Assembly: GCF_000011125.1 (NCBI RefSeq)
Contig: NC_000854.2
Coordinates: forward strand, 1,470,001-1,502,000
Length of the DNA stretch: 32,000 nucleotides
From: Aeropyrum pernix K1
Lineage (GTDB): Archaea; Thermoproteota; Thermoprotei_A; Sulfolobales; Acidilobaceae
Direction of reading: 5' to 3'
Notes under the pieces: generated by a model
The model's database searches: none
Told to the model about the DNA's origin: nothing
What the model saw: the letters and a program-made list of their open reading frames with translations, nothing else
Made by a program: the position numbers and the translations under genes
Part shown: in pieces, positions 24,263 to 32,000 of the stretch
Layout: each line of letters opens with the position of its first letter
Numbering within the stretch: position 1 is the first letter of the stretch

Positions 24263-25213
24263 ATGGTCGAGCCTTCTAAAGTTGTGGGGCTTATCTCGGA
24301 CTTCGGAGACAGCCCGTACACGGGTATTATGAGGGCAGTCATAAAGAGTATATCGAGGGAGCTGCAGATAATTGATATAGACCATTCTATCCCCAGCTTT
24401 AGCCCCCTCGCCGGGGCTTATGTTGTAGCCCACACGTACCAGTGGCTACCCAAGGGCTCCGTCATAGTGGCGGTTGTCGACCCTGGCGTGGGCACCTCGA
24501 GGTATGCCTTGGCCGTTGAAACCGAGAACTATGTTTTCATCGGGCCCGACAACGGCGTCCTCTACCCCGCGGCGGCGAGCGACGGTATAAAACGCGTCTA
24601 CGCCCTTAGGGAGAAGGATGTAAACAGCCTGGCAAGGATGAAAACCTCGTCCACTGCTGGGACGGTAAAGCCGTGGAGCATAAGCAGGACCTTCCACGGG
24701 AGGGACGTGTTCGCCCCTGCAGGAGCTCTTATAGCCGCGGGGCACGCCTCGCTGGAGGAGCTGGGCGACGAGATCGAGCCCGAGCGGATGAAGAGGGCAA
24801 GTATAGATCATGTTGAGAAGCTGGGGCCCTCGACATTCAGGGCGACAGTGGTGTATATAGACAAGTTTGGAAACGTTGCTCTGAGCATAAGGCCCAAGAA
24901 GCTGGGAATCAACCTTAGCCTCTACAAGTCGGTGGTGCTGGGAACTCACACGACGAGCAACACGATCAGGATGGGGAAGACTTTCGGCGATGCGAACCCC
25001 GGAGAGCTGGTGGCCTATGAGAACAGCTTCGGCCACCTTGAGATTGCGGTAAACAGGGGTAACGCCGCTAAGAAGCTGGGGCTAGAGCTCGAGGCTAGGG
25101 TTGAGATTGAGCTGCTGGAGAACTCCGGCCCAGCCCCCAACGGCTCCCGGGGAGTGCGGAACGCAGATCTCCTCGGGGTGTCGTCAAGGAGCCTCGGCGA
25201 AACAATCTGGTGA
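24263..25213 (+). CDS. S-adenosyl-L-methionine hydrolase (adenosine-forming), DUF62 / SAM hydroxide adenosyltransferase family
   Basis: 316 aa. It has LISDFGDSPYTG, VVDPGVGTSR, IGPDNGVL, FHGRDVFAP and DKFGNV, all hallmark DUF62 motifs. The C-terminus extends about 45 aa beyond the typical length. Confidence 0.85.
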   Translation: MVEPSKVVGLISDFGDSPYTGIMRAVIKSISRELQIIDIDHSIPSFSPLAGAYVVAHTYQWLPKGSVIVAVVDPGVGTSRYALAVETENYVFIGPDNGVLYPAAASDGIKRVYALREKDVNSLARMKTSSTAGTVKPWSISRTFHGRDVFAPAGALIAAGHASLEELGDEIEPERMKRASIDHVEKLGPSTFRATVVYIDKFGNVALSIRPKKLGINLSLYKSVVLGTHTTSNTIRMGKTFGDANPGELVAYENSFGHLEIAVNRGNAAKKLGLELEARVEIELLENSGPAPNGSRGVRNADLLGVSSRSLGETIW

Positions 25214-25245
25214 ATTTAGCTGATAAGGCTATCTGGCATGAAGCC

Positions 25246-25265
25246 GAGGCTGTGTAGCCTCTTTT
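25246..25265 (+). terminator. Hairpin GAGGCT-GTGT-AGCCTC followed by TTTT; candidate terminator of the DUF62 gene
   Basis: Read directly from the sequence, 33 nt after the stop at 25213. An alternative outer stem is AAGCCGA (25241-25247) with TCGGCTT (25271-25277). Archaeal termination mainly needs the T-run. Confidence 0.45.
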
Positions 25266-25303
25266 CCGGAGTCGGCTTTCATTGATAGCTGTGCTAGCAT
25301 CCC

Positions 25304-25783
25304 CTATTCGAGAATTTCGACGTGGAGGCCGGAGAGTATATGCTCTATCCTCTTGTAAGACGTGCAGTCCAGCACGACGTCTTTACCGTCCACTATGAGC
25401 TTAACTCCCTCGAGGCCTGTAACAGGAGGGTCGGGTAGAGAAGGAGGCTTCTCCCGCCCCACGTAGATTAGCCTGCGCCTACTACCCTGACCCTCTATCC
25501 TCCACCAGTACCTTCCATAATACTCGTAGACCTTCGATCTACCGCCCGTGGTCCTATAGTAGACTTTGTGGACGGGCTTTAGATAATATCCCGTAGGCCT
25601 TATCATAGAGTTGTAGCTGTAAAGGGCTGGCTTGAGGCTGTCGAGATAGTCCCTGATCCTCGAATAGCCGCCGTATACTATGACCATGCAATCACCGCTG
25701 GGGGGCTCAGTCGGCTCTTCCTTATCACAGCCCCGGGTATCCGGGCTCTTCTCGTCGCAGGCATCCTTCACAGCCCCCACCAC
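25304..25783 (-). CDS. Hypothetical protein (Tyr/Arg-rich core YEYYGRYWWRI...LIYVGREKP)
   Basis: 159 aa with a GTG start, and an internal ATG (MVIVYGG) is possible. GC looks visibly lower than in the neighbours. I cannot assign a family. Confidence 0.45.
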   Translation of the reverse strand: MVGAVKDACDEKSPDTRGCDKEEPTEPPSGDCMVIVYGGYSRIRDYLDSLKPALYSYNSMIRPTGYYLKPVHKVYYRTTGGRSKVYEYYGRYWWRIEGQGSRRRLIYVGREKPPSLPDPPVTGLEGVKLIVDGKDVVLDCTSYKRIEHILSGLHVEILE

Positions 25784-25997
25784 TCGGATATGAATAAGCG
25801 CCCCCTAATACTCCTTAGCCCCATTCCACAGTAAAATAGAGGGGGCACCACGTGGCTCTCCCCCAGCTTAAAGCCTAATTCATCCTGTTCTCAAAGACAC
25901 TGCTATATAGGGGGCCCCTGTGAGGCGTATGGCGGAGTCATGACGCCTCCCGGCGGGAGGCGTTGATGTGCAGGCCGGCTCCCCTAGCCGAGGGGCC

Positions 25998-26792
25998 CTA
26001 CAGTACGTAGGAGGGGCTGGTCATCGGTGCTACCTGGGGCTCCCTGCATGCCCCCAGGCCTAGAGGACTCCAGAACCCTTTCTGCGAATACTTGGTCTTA
26101 CACAGCTCTCTAGCCCTTATCACAGCCTCCTGTAGAATATCGCGCCCAACATTTTCAGGCTCTCCGAGAGCATGTTTCACACTCTCCTCCAGCAGCCGCG
26201 CAGCCTGCCACACCTCCATCCTCTCCCCCGTTATCCTCTCTAGGCTGTTTGGGTTGTACTTTACCGGGGTCACTTCGCCTCTCTCGACCCTGTGGAGCTG
26301 TGGTATGACGAGCCTCCTTATCCTCGAGGGGTCCGTGGTTAACAGGAGGGTCGCGTGGGCTAGGGTGGCTCTGGCCCTTATTGCGGCGGCGCTGCCCGAC
26401 ACCTTCCAGGGGCCTACTGCAACGTCGTTCCCGTTCTCAACCCTCCCTTCGATGCCTAGTCTGTGTAGTGTTTTGAGTATTATGCTTGTGACTAGCGCGT
26501 AGGCCTCGTCTACCCCTAGCCTGCGGGGTATGTAGACTGACACGTTCATGTTGCCAAGGTCGTGGAACACAGCGCCTCCACCGCTTATACGCCTCACCAC
26601 AGGCACGCCCTCAGCCCTCGCCTGCTCAATGTTGACCTCCCTCCCTACATCGCTAGTGTAGCCCACGATAATGCTGTCGGGGTTTACCCACAGCCTCGCG
26701 ATGGCTATTCCGTGCTCGGCGGACTCTTCGAGAAGAGCCTCCTCCAGCGCTATGTTGAAGTGGGGAGACCCCCCGGTGGTTTTTAGGATCAC
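25998..26792 (-). CDS. lplA: Lipoate-protein ligase A (catalytic domain only, Thermoplasma LplA-like)
   Basis: 264 aa. VRRISGGGAVFHDLGNMNVSVY and WKVSGSAAA match LplA motifs (RR.TGGGAVYHDLGN.NFS, K.SGSA). Confidence 0.8.
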   Translation of the reverse strand: MILKTTGGSPHFNIALEEALLEESAEHGIAIARLWVNPDSIIVGYTSDVGREVNIEQARAEGVPVVRRISGGGAVFHDLGNMNVSVYIPRRLGVDEAYALVTSIILKTLHRLGIEGRVENGNDVAVGPWKVSGSAAAIRARATLAHATLLLTTDPSRIRRLVIPQLHRVERGEVTPVKYNPNSLERITGERMEVWQAARLLEESVKHALGEPENVGRDILQEAVIRARELCKTKYSQKGFWSPLGLGACREPQVAPMTSPSYVL

Positions 26793-26803
26793 TGGTCCCC
26801 CGG

Positions 26804-27598
26804 TTAAGGCTCATCACCCTCGAGGTTCCACCTGGGGCTCGAGTATTTCTTCCTGTACAGCCTGAGGGCTTCCTCCACCTCTCTCCCCTCCAGCCCCGAG
26901 GGCTCAGGCTCGAGGCCTAGAGCCTTGGAGAAGCCTTTGACCAGGGCGTCAGCTACCTCGGAGAAGCTGTAGCTCCTCCCCGCCAAGTCTTCTATACCAG
27001 CTATCCTCGAGGCGAGATCGCTGGGCCCCGCCCCCTTTACAGGTATTATTGAGAGCCACTCCTCGGGGTCGAACCTGAGGAGGAGGGTTCCGTGCTGGAG
27101 GAGCCTACCGCCTATCCTCCTCTGGGCGCTACCCGACACCTTCCTGCCTGCAACCACAACGTCGCTGCTCCCAGGCCTAACGTAGCATAGGCCGCCTATA
27201 ACACCTGGTGGTGGTGTATAGCCTCCTACTCTAGTGGCTATACCTAGCTCTTCGAGCGCGAGTGCCACACCCCCTGCTATCGTGGCGGCGCTCTCGGCGA
27301 CGTCTAGGCTGTAGTAGGGGTGGCGGCTGTCAAGGACTAGCGAGTATGTGATCTCCCTCTCCCAAGGGTGGAGCAGAGCCGCTCCCCCCGTTGGCCTCCT
27401 CACGAGAACGTAGCCCCTCTTCTCTGCCTCGGCGAGGTTGACGTCTTCTACGCTCTGCCTCCTCCCCAGCGTCAGGCCGCCTGGGAGCCACATGTATATC
27501 CTTAGGGTTGGAGCTGCTCCCACCCTCAGTATGGCCTCGTCAATCGCCATGTTCATCCGGGGGTCTCTAGGCCCGTCTACCACCACCCTCAGCTTCAA
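26804..27598 (-). CDS. Second LplA/LipM/LipB-superfamily protein (ligase, octanoyltransferase or amidotransferase-like paralog)
   Basis: 264 aa. [24 protein letters not shown] and [11 protein letters not shown] place it in the BPL_LplA_LipB fold, but it is divergent from the downstream paralog. It overlaps lipA by 32 nt. Confidence 0.75.
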
Positions 27599-28454
27599 CT
27601 CTCCTCACCGCGGCCAAGTACGCCTCCTTCGCCTTGAACGAGGTCCTGGCCAGGGGGTGGGCCACGACGTAGGCGAACCCCATTCGAAGGCCCTTCTCAG
27701 CCAGCTCGCGGAACTCGGAGAGGCTATACCTCTTCGCAACCGGCAGCTGCTTCCTACTCGGCCTGTAGTACTGGCTGAGCACCAGAATGTCTACCCCTAC
27801 GCTCCTCAAATCCCTCATAGCCTCGATAACCTCGCTCTTATCCTCGCCCAGGCCCAGTAGTATGCTGGACTTGGTAACTACCCCCTCCTCCTTAGCGATC
27901 TCGAGAACCCTGAGGCTCTGCCTGTACCCTGCCCTCCTATCCCTCACCAGGGGCGTCAGCCTCTCCACCGTCTCTATATTGTGGGCGAGGACCTCGAGCC
28001 CGCTGGCCGCGACAAGCCTCACATGCTCCTCCACACCCTGGAAGTCGGGTATGAGGGCCTCAACTATGGTGTCAGGCCTCAGCCTCTTTATCGCCCTGAC
28101 GGTCGCGGCGAAGTGGCTGGCCCCGCCGTCAGGCAGGTCATCCCTGTCAACGCTGGTGAGGGTCACGTAGTCCAGGCCCAGGGCGTCCACGGCTAGAGCA
28201 ACCTTATACGGCTCAAGGGGGTCCAGGGGCTCGGGAACACCCTTCTTCACATAGCAGAACCTACAGCCCCGCGTGCAGGTGTCGCCCATTATCATGAAGG
28301 TGGCCGTACCCTCCCCCCAGCAGGTAAATATGTTGGGGCACAACGCTCCCTCGCATACCGTGGCTACACCCAGGCCTGCCACAAGCCTGGCTACCTTAAC
28401 GTACGAGTCGTTTATCCTGACCCTAAGCCTCGGCTTCGCCGCCTCCATCGCCAT
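27567..28454 (-). CDS. lipA: Lipoyl synthase (radical SAM)
   Basis: 295 aa. It has both LipA cluster motifs, [12 protein letters not shown] (Cx4Cx5C) and CTRGCRFC (Cx3Cx2C). Confidence 0.92.
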
Positions 28455-28755
28455 GGCCCTCCACTACAGCTACAACACTCTCCGGAGTCACCTCCTCACC
28501 CTCACCCACTATGCTCCTCACCCTACCCGAGACCGGGCTCTCAACCTCGAGGATAGCCTTCTCAATCTCAATCTCGGCGAGGACCTCGCCCTTCTCCACG
28601 AGATCACCCGGCTTCTTATACACCCTAACAACCTTGCCCCGCCAGCCACCCCTGCGCGGCCACAGGTCTAGGGGTATCCTCACGAGACTCTCGGAAGCCA
28701 ACCCTCTAAACACCCTCCAGCGGAAACCACCGGGAGGCCTGTAGGCCCCCGCCAT
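28423..28755 (-). CDS. Stand-alone lipoyl-attachment-domain protein (about 110 aa)
   Basis: From ATG at 28755 the product is [10 protein letters not shown]...[44 protein letters not shown]. This is the biotinyl/lipoyl hybrid-barrel pattern, with the target Lys in EIEKA (lipoyl consensus E-T/S-D-K-A). The longer track ORF to 29073 is antisense to pyrF and was rejected. It overlaps the lipA start by 32 nt. Confidence 0.7.
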
Positions 28756-28780
28756 TTGAATCGTTGTTAGGGGCTGGCCA

Positions 28781-28808
28781 CTATAATTTTCCCCACTAAA
28801 CCTATAGG
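28781..28808. promoter_or_regulatory. Divergent promoter region (CTATAATTTT and CCTATAGG) between the lipoyl operon and pyrF
   Basis: AAAATTATAG on the minus strand is centred about 31 nt upstream of the ATG at 28755. The CCTATAGG palindrome (28801-28808) is centred about 21 nt upstream of the pyrF GTG at 28826. Both spacings fit leaderless or short-leader archaeal promoters. Confidence 0.4.
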
Positions 28809-28825
28809 ATCTCGGGAGAACCCGC

Positions 28826-29560
28826 GTGGATCCGCCGGCTGTTGGTGAGGCTGTAAAACGGGTTATAGTAGCTCTAGACCCGGCCAGGAGGGGCGATGTT
28901 GACAGGCTGCTCGACATGGCCAGACTCGTCTGCGGGGTGGGCGCCGGGATTAAGGTGGGTCTGCCGATGCTTGCCCTAGGCGGTTCTGAAGCCCTCGCCG
29001 AGGCTGCGAGACTCTGCAAGGGAGGGGGGCTGAGGGTTTTGGACCTTAAGCTCGCGGACATAGGGTATATCATGAGGCTGGCTGCGGAGAGCCTTTCACG
29101 CGGGTTCGACGCTGCGATAGCCCACGCTTTTGTCGGCTACGAGGGAGGCCTGGTAGAGCTCAAGAAGACTCTAGACGGCTTGGGCGCCAGGCTCGTCCTA
29201 GTGGTCTCCATGAGCCACCCCGGCTCCAGGGAGGTGCTGGACCCCTGTCTAGATAAGCTACTCGCCGTTGCCAGAAGAGTTGAGCCCTGGGGTGTCGTGG
29301 CGCCGGCTACGAGGCCCGAGGTTGTCGCCAGGGTTAGGGAAACGCTTCCCACGACTGTTATATTGAGCCCTGGTGTGGGGGCTCAGGGAGGGAAGCCGGG
29401 AGATGCCATATGCCTGGGCGGAGCAGACTACGAGATAGTGGGTAGGATGGTAGCTGGCTCCCCCGACCCTGTCTCGGCCCTGAGGGGCGTGGCGGAGTAC
29501 ATCGCTGCGAGATGCCCCGAGAAGCTCCTACACTCCTCCACAGGAAACGGTCCCAGTTAA
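28826..29560 (+). CDS. pyrF: Orotidine 5'-phosphate decarboxylase
   Basis: 244 aa. VIVALDP..., KVGLPML and LDLKLADIG (the Asp-x-Lys-x-x-Asp region) with a C-terminal GVGAQGG...IVGR fit PyrF. Confidence 0.85.
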   Translation: MDPPAVGEAVKRVIVALDPARRGDVDRLLDMARLVCGVGAGIKVGLPMLALGGSEALAEAARLCKGGGLRVLDLKLADIGYIMRLAAESLSRGFDAAIAHAFVGYEGGLVELKKTLDGLGARLVLVVSMSHPGSREVLDPCLDKLLAVARRVEPWGVVAPATRPEVVARVRETLPTTVILSPGVGAQGGKPGDAICLGGADYEIVGRMVAGSPDPVSALRGVAEYIAARCPEKLLHSSTGNGPS

Positions 29561-29601
29561 AACCCTAGGACCCGAAACTACAACCCTAGGGGGCGCTATC
29601 T

Positions 29602-30162
29602 TTGTCGCATGAGGAACTAGCGGAGGTGCTGGCTAAGGTCCTTAAGAAAAGAGGAGCAGTCCTGAGGGGGGACTTCGTCCTTTCAAGCGGTAGGAGGAGT
29701 AGCGTGTATATAGACATGAGGCGCCTTCTCGGGGATGAGTCGTCGTATAGTGTAGCCCTCGACCTCCTCCTCGAAGTGGGAGGGCAGGATCTGGCGAGGT
29801 CCTCGGCGGTAATAGGTGTAGCCACGGGAGGCCTGCCATGGGCCGCCATGCTCGCCCTCCGGCTCTCAAAACCCCTCGGCTACGTTAGGCCAGAGAGGAA
29901 GGGGCATGGGACACTATCCCAGGTTGAGGGCGACCCGCCTAAGGGCAGGGTAGTTGTAGTAGACGACGTGGCTACCACTGGCACGAGCATAGCCAAGAGT
30001 ATAGAGGTCCTCAGGAGCAACGGCTACACTGTGGGCACAGCGCTTGTCCTTGTGGATAGGGGCGAGGGAGCGGGCGAGCTCCTCGCCCGGATGGGTGTCA
30101 GGCTGGTAAGCGTAGCAACCCTCAAAACCATACTCGAGAAACTAGGCTGGGGCGGGGAGTGA
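29602..30162 (+). CDS. pyrE: Orotate phosphoribosyltransferase
   Basis: 186 aa with a TTG start. It has GDFVLSSGRRSSVYIDMR and the PRPP-binding motif VVVVDDVATTGTS. Confidence 0.9.
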   Translation: MSHEELAEVLAKVLKKRGAVLRGDFVLSSGRRSSVYIDMRRLLGDESSYSVALDLLLEVGGQDLARSSAVIGVATGGLPWAAMLALRLSKPLGYVRPERKGHGTLSQVEGDPPKGRVVVVDDVATTGTSIAKSIEVLRSNGYTVGTALVLVDRGEGAGELLARMGVRLVSVATLKTILEKLGWGGE

Positions 30163-30387
30163 AACCCTAATCAACGGCGGCCGCCTATAGAGCATTAACG
30201 GGGCCCTGTGAACGCCCGTCGGGAGTCGCCCGCATCGTCGGAGCCGATGGGGCAGTGACGACTCCCCTGGCTTTGAGGGCCCTCCACAGCGTCTCACGCC
30301 TCGCCAGCTCCCGTTATGGGAGGTATATCCAAATCCTTTAGCATGCTCGAGGTAATACTGTTTAATCGGAGGCCGGGGGTGGCTGGT

Positions 30388-31011
30388 ATGGCGGCTCTTA
30401 GGAAGACGGTGGAGGTGCCCGAGATACCTGTGGTGGAGAGGGTTGAACTGCCGGCTGATGAGACGGCTGTTGTTGTCGTGGATATGCAGAACGACTTCGT
30501 GAAGCCGCAGGGTAAGCTTTTCGTCCCCACTGCCCCGGCCACTATAGAGCCGATAAGAAGGCTGCTAGAGAAGGCTAGGTCCGCTGGAGTGAGGGTCTTC
30601 TACACCCAGGACACCCACTATGAGGGGGACCCGGAGTTCGAGATCTGGGGGGAGCATGTTAGATACGGCACTTGGGGCTGGAGGATAGTCGAGGAGCTGA
30701 AGCCTGTGGAGGGTAGGGACATAGTGGTGATGAAGACTAGGTACGACGGCTTCTACGGCACCATGCTGGACGACCTCCTCAGGGTGTATGGTGTCAAGAA
30801 CCTCGTGATAGTGGGTACGGTGGCCAACATATGCGTGCTCCACACCGCGGGCAGCGCTGCCCTCAGGTGGTACAAGGTAGTGGTGCCCCTAGACGGGATA
30901 AGCGCGCTCAACGACTTCGACTACCACGCCGCCCTGAGGCAGATAAGCTTCCTATACCGCGGCACCCTCGTGAAGAGCGTCGACGGCATAGAGTTTATCC
31001 AGGCCCGCTGA
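30388..31011 (+). CDS. Isochorismatase-family hydrolase (nicotinamidase/pyrazinamidase-like)
   Basis: VVVVDMQNDFV, the K in VMKTRYDGF, and VGTVANICVLHTA supply the catalytic Asp/Lys/Cys triad pattern. I chose ATG at 30388 over the track start at 30316. A TATA-like GGTATATCC lies at about 30323-30331. Confidence 0.8.
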   Translation: MAALRKTVEVPEIPVVERVELPADETAVVVVDMQNDFVKPQGKLFVPTAPATIEPIRRLLEKARSAGVRVFYTQDTHYEGDPEFEIWGEHVRYGTWGWRIVEELKPVEGRDIVVMKTRYDGFYGTMLDDLLRVYGVKNLVIVGTVANICVLHTAGSAALRWYKVVVPLDGISALNDFDYHAALRQISFLYRGTLVKSVDGIEFIQAR

Positions 31012-31948
31012 CCGGCTCTAGAGCCTCTGACATGTCGAGGACCTCGACGCCCCTACCCTCAGCAGCGTCTCCAAGGTTTATCATGCATATCGGGCACGCA
31101 ACCACTATTTTTCTCGAAACGCCCTCAAGCTCCTGCAGCCTAGCCCTGGCTATCCTCTTCGCCAGGCTCGGCATTAAACCCTCCACCGGCCCCCCGCAGC
31201 AATATGTCATCCTGCCGGACCTCGGCGGCTCCTTAAGCCTGAGCCCAGCCCTCTCCGCTATCCTCCTAGGCTCGCCTATAACGCCCTCGAACCTAGCGTA
31301 GTAGCACGGGTCGTGTATCACAGCCTCACCGAGCCTCGACCCCAGCCTGACCTCGCCGGATCTGTCGAGGACCTCGAGGTAGCTCTCTACCTCGAGGCTG
31401 TAGCCGTCCACATACTTGGGCGCTACGCTCCTCATTATATGCGTGGTGTGCGGGTCGATCGTCACAATCCTCTCCACACCAGCCTCCCGCAGCCTCCTGT
31501 AAACCCTGTTTATATGCCTTTCGAAGGACGATTCGAGGCCATTCTCGTAGAGTATAGCCCCGCTGTAGGCGTCGGCCTCGTACGGGTAGGCCACGCCCAA
31601 GGGCTTCAGCAACCCGTAGATACGGGCCACTATAGACTCCGCCCTTCTAATCTTGCTGGCTGGAGGCCTGACTGCGAGCCTCGCCAGACCTGCAGGGAGG
31701 ATCTTAGACGCTCTCAGCCCCAGCTCAAGCAGGCCCAGGGACTCGAGCCTCTCCATCAGCCTGACCGTAGCCCTAATGTATGGGGCAAGCTGGTACAAGC
31801 CCCCCGTGAAGAGGTATATTCTCCCCCTCCTAGGCGGCTCCTCCCTGTATGCCCACCTGTAGACGACGTCGCCGGGCGCCGGCACGGGAAGGCCGGTCTT
31901 CTCCACGGTAGTCTTCAATAGTGTGAGGTAGAGCTTCAGCCTAGCCAA
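30995..31948 (-). CDS. CCG-domain (Fe-S)-binding oxidoreductase subunit (HdrB/GlpC/LutA-like)
   Basis: 317 aa with a TTG start. Two Cys-rich CCG-type motifs are present: HDPCYYAR...YCCGGP and ACPICMINL. Its 3' end overlaps the convergent isochorismatase gene by 17 nt. Confidence 0.7.
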   Translation of the reverse strand: MARLKLYLTLLKTTVEKTGLPVPAPGDVVYRWAYREEPPRRGRIYLFTGGLYQLAPYIRATVRLMERLESLGLLELGLRASKILPAGLARLAVRPPASKIRRAESIVARIYGLLKPLGVAYPYEADAYSGAILYENGLESSFERHINRVYRRLREAGVERIVTIDPHTTHIMRSVAPKYVDGYSLEVESYLEVLDRSGEVRLGSRLGEAVIHDPCYYARFEGVIGEPRRIAERAGLRLKEPPRSGRMTYCCGGPVEGLMPSLAKRIARARLQELEGVSRKIVVACPICMINLGDAAEGRGVEVLDMSEALEPVSGPG

Positions 31949-32000
31949 CCCGGCATAAGCACCCCGAGGCCCCTGCTACAGTATAGCTCATTAGACGGGG

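Noticed and set aside
28756-29073. Upstream 106 aa of track ORF 28423..29073
   Set aside because: It is S/P/A/T-rich low complexity lying antisense to the well-supported pyrF gene. The lipoyl-domain homology starts after the internal ATG at 28755, which also has a TATA-like element about 31 nt upstream.
30995-31011. 17-nt convergent overlap of the isochorismatase-family and CCG-domain genes as a possible regulatory antisense feature
   Set aside because: Short 3'-3' overlaps are common in compact archaeal genomes. There is nothing sequence-specific such as a hairpin or repeat at the overlap.
1-32000. CRISPR arrays, IS elements, integrases, rRNA genes
   Set aside because: No regularly spaced direct repeats, no transposase- or integrase-like ORFs, and no rRNA-like sequence were seen on either strand.

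Overview
GC-rich archaeal chromosomal window with compact gene packing and many short overlaps. Gene content (eS26, eL33/L35Ae, A-type ATPase proteolipid, archaeal PheST/ProRS/GluRS, NMD3, FAU-1, MptA/MptE) and AGG/ATA-rich codon usage suggest a hyperthermophilic crenarchaeon, possibly Aeropyrum-like; the species cannot be verified here. It is almost entirely housekeeping. Main contents are a heme-precursor operon (hemB-hemL-hemC-hemA, minus strand); pheS-pheT-mptA; four aaRS genes in total (pheS, pheT, gltX, proS); trpB2; tRNA-Gln(CUG) followed by rpl35ae; atpK; rps26e; an RNA-processing neighbourhood (FAU-1, a non-coding gap, NMD3); a lipoylation operon (lipoyl-domain protein, lipA, two LplA-family paralogs); pyrF-pyrE; an isochorismatase-family gene and a CCG-domain Fe-S protein. 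No CRISPR array, transposase, integrase or rRNA was seen. The most unusual signal is the ~580 nt gap at 21707-22287, which has no credible ORF. Its left part shows RNase P RNA-like motifs in the expected order on the minus strand. Its right part is an array of perfect stem-loops carrying a 9-nt repeat that falls in different reading frames. Secondary candidates are the lipoyl-carrier/LplA-paralog operon, a Cys-rich PriX/PriCT-like ORF next to tRNA-Gln, a degenerate-NTase plus nuclease-HTH overlapping pair, a three-gene small membrane protein operon, and a Mak-like kinase coupled to a DUF2797-like protein. All functional calls come from reading the translated ORFs and recalling family motifs. 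No database search was run.
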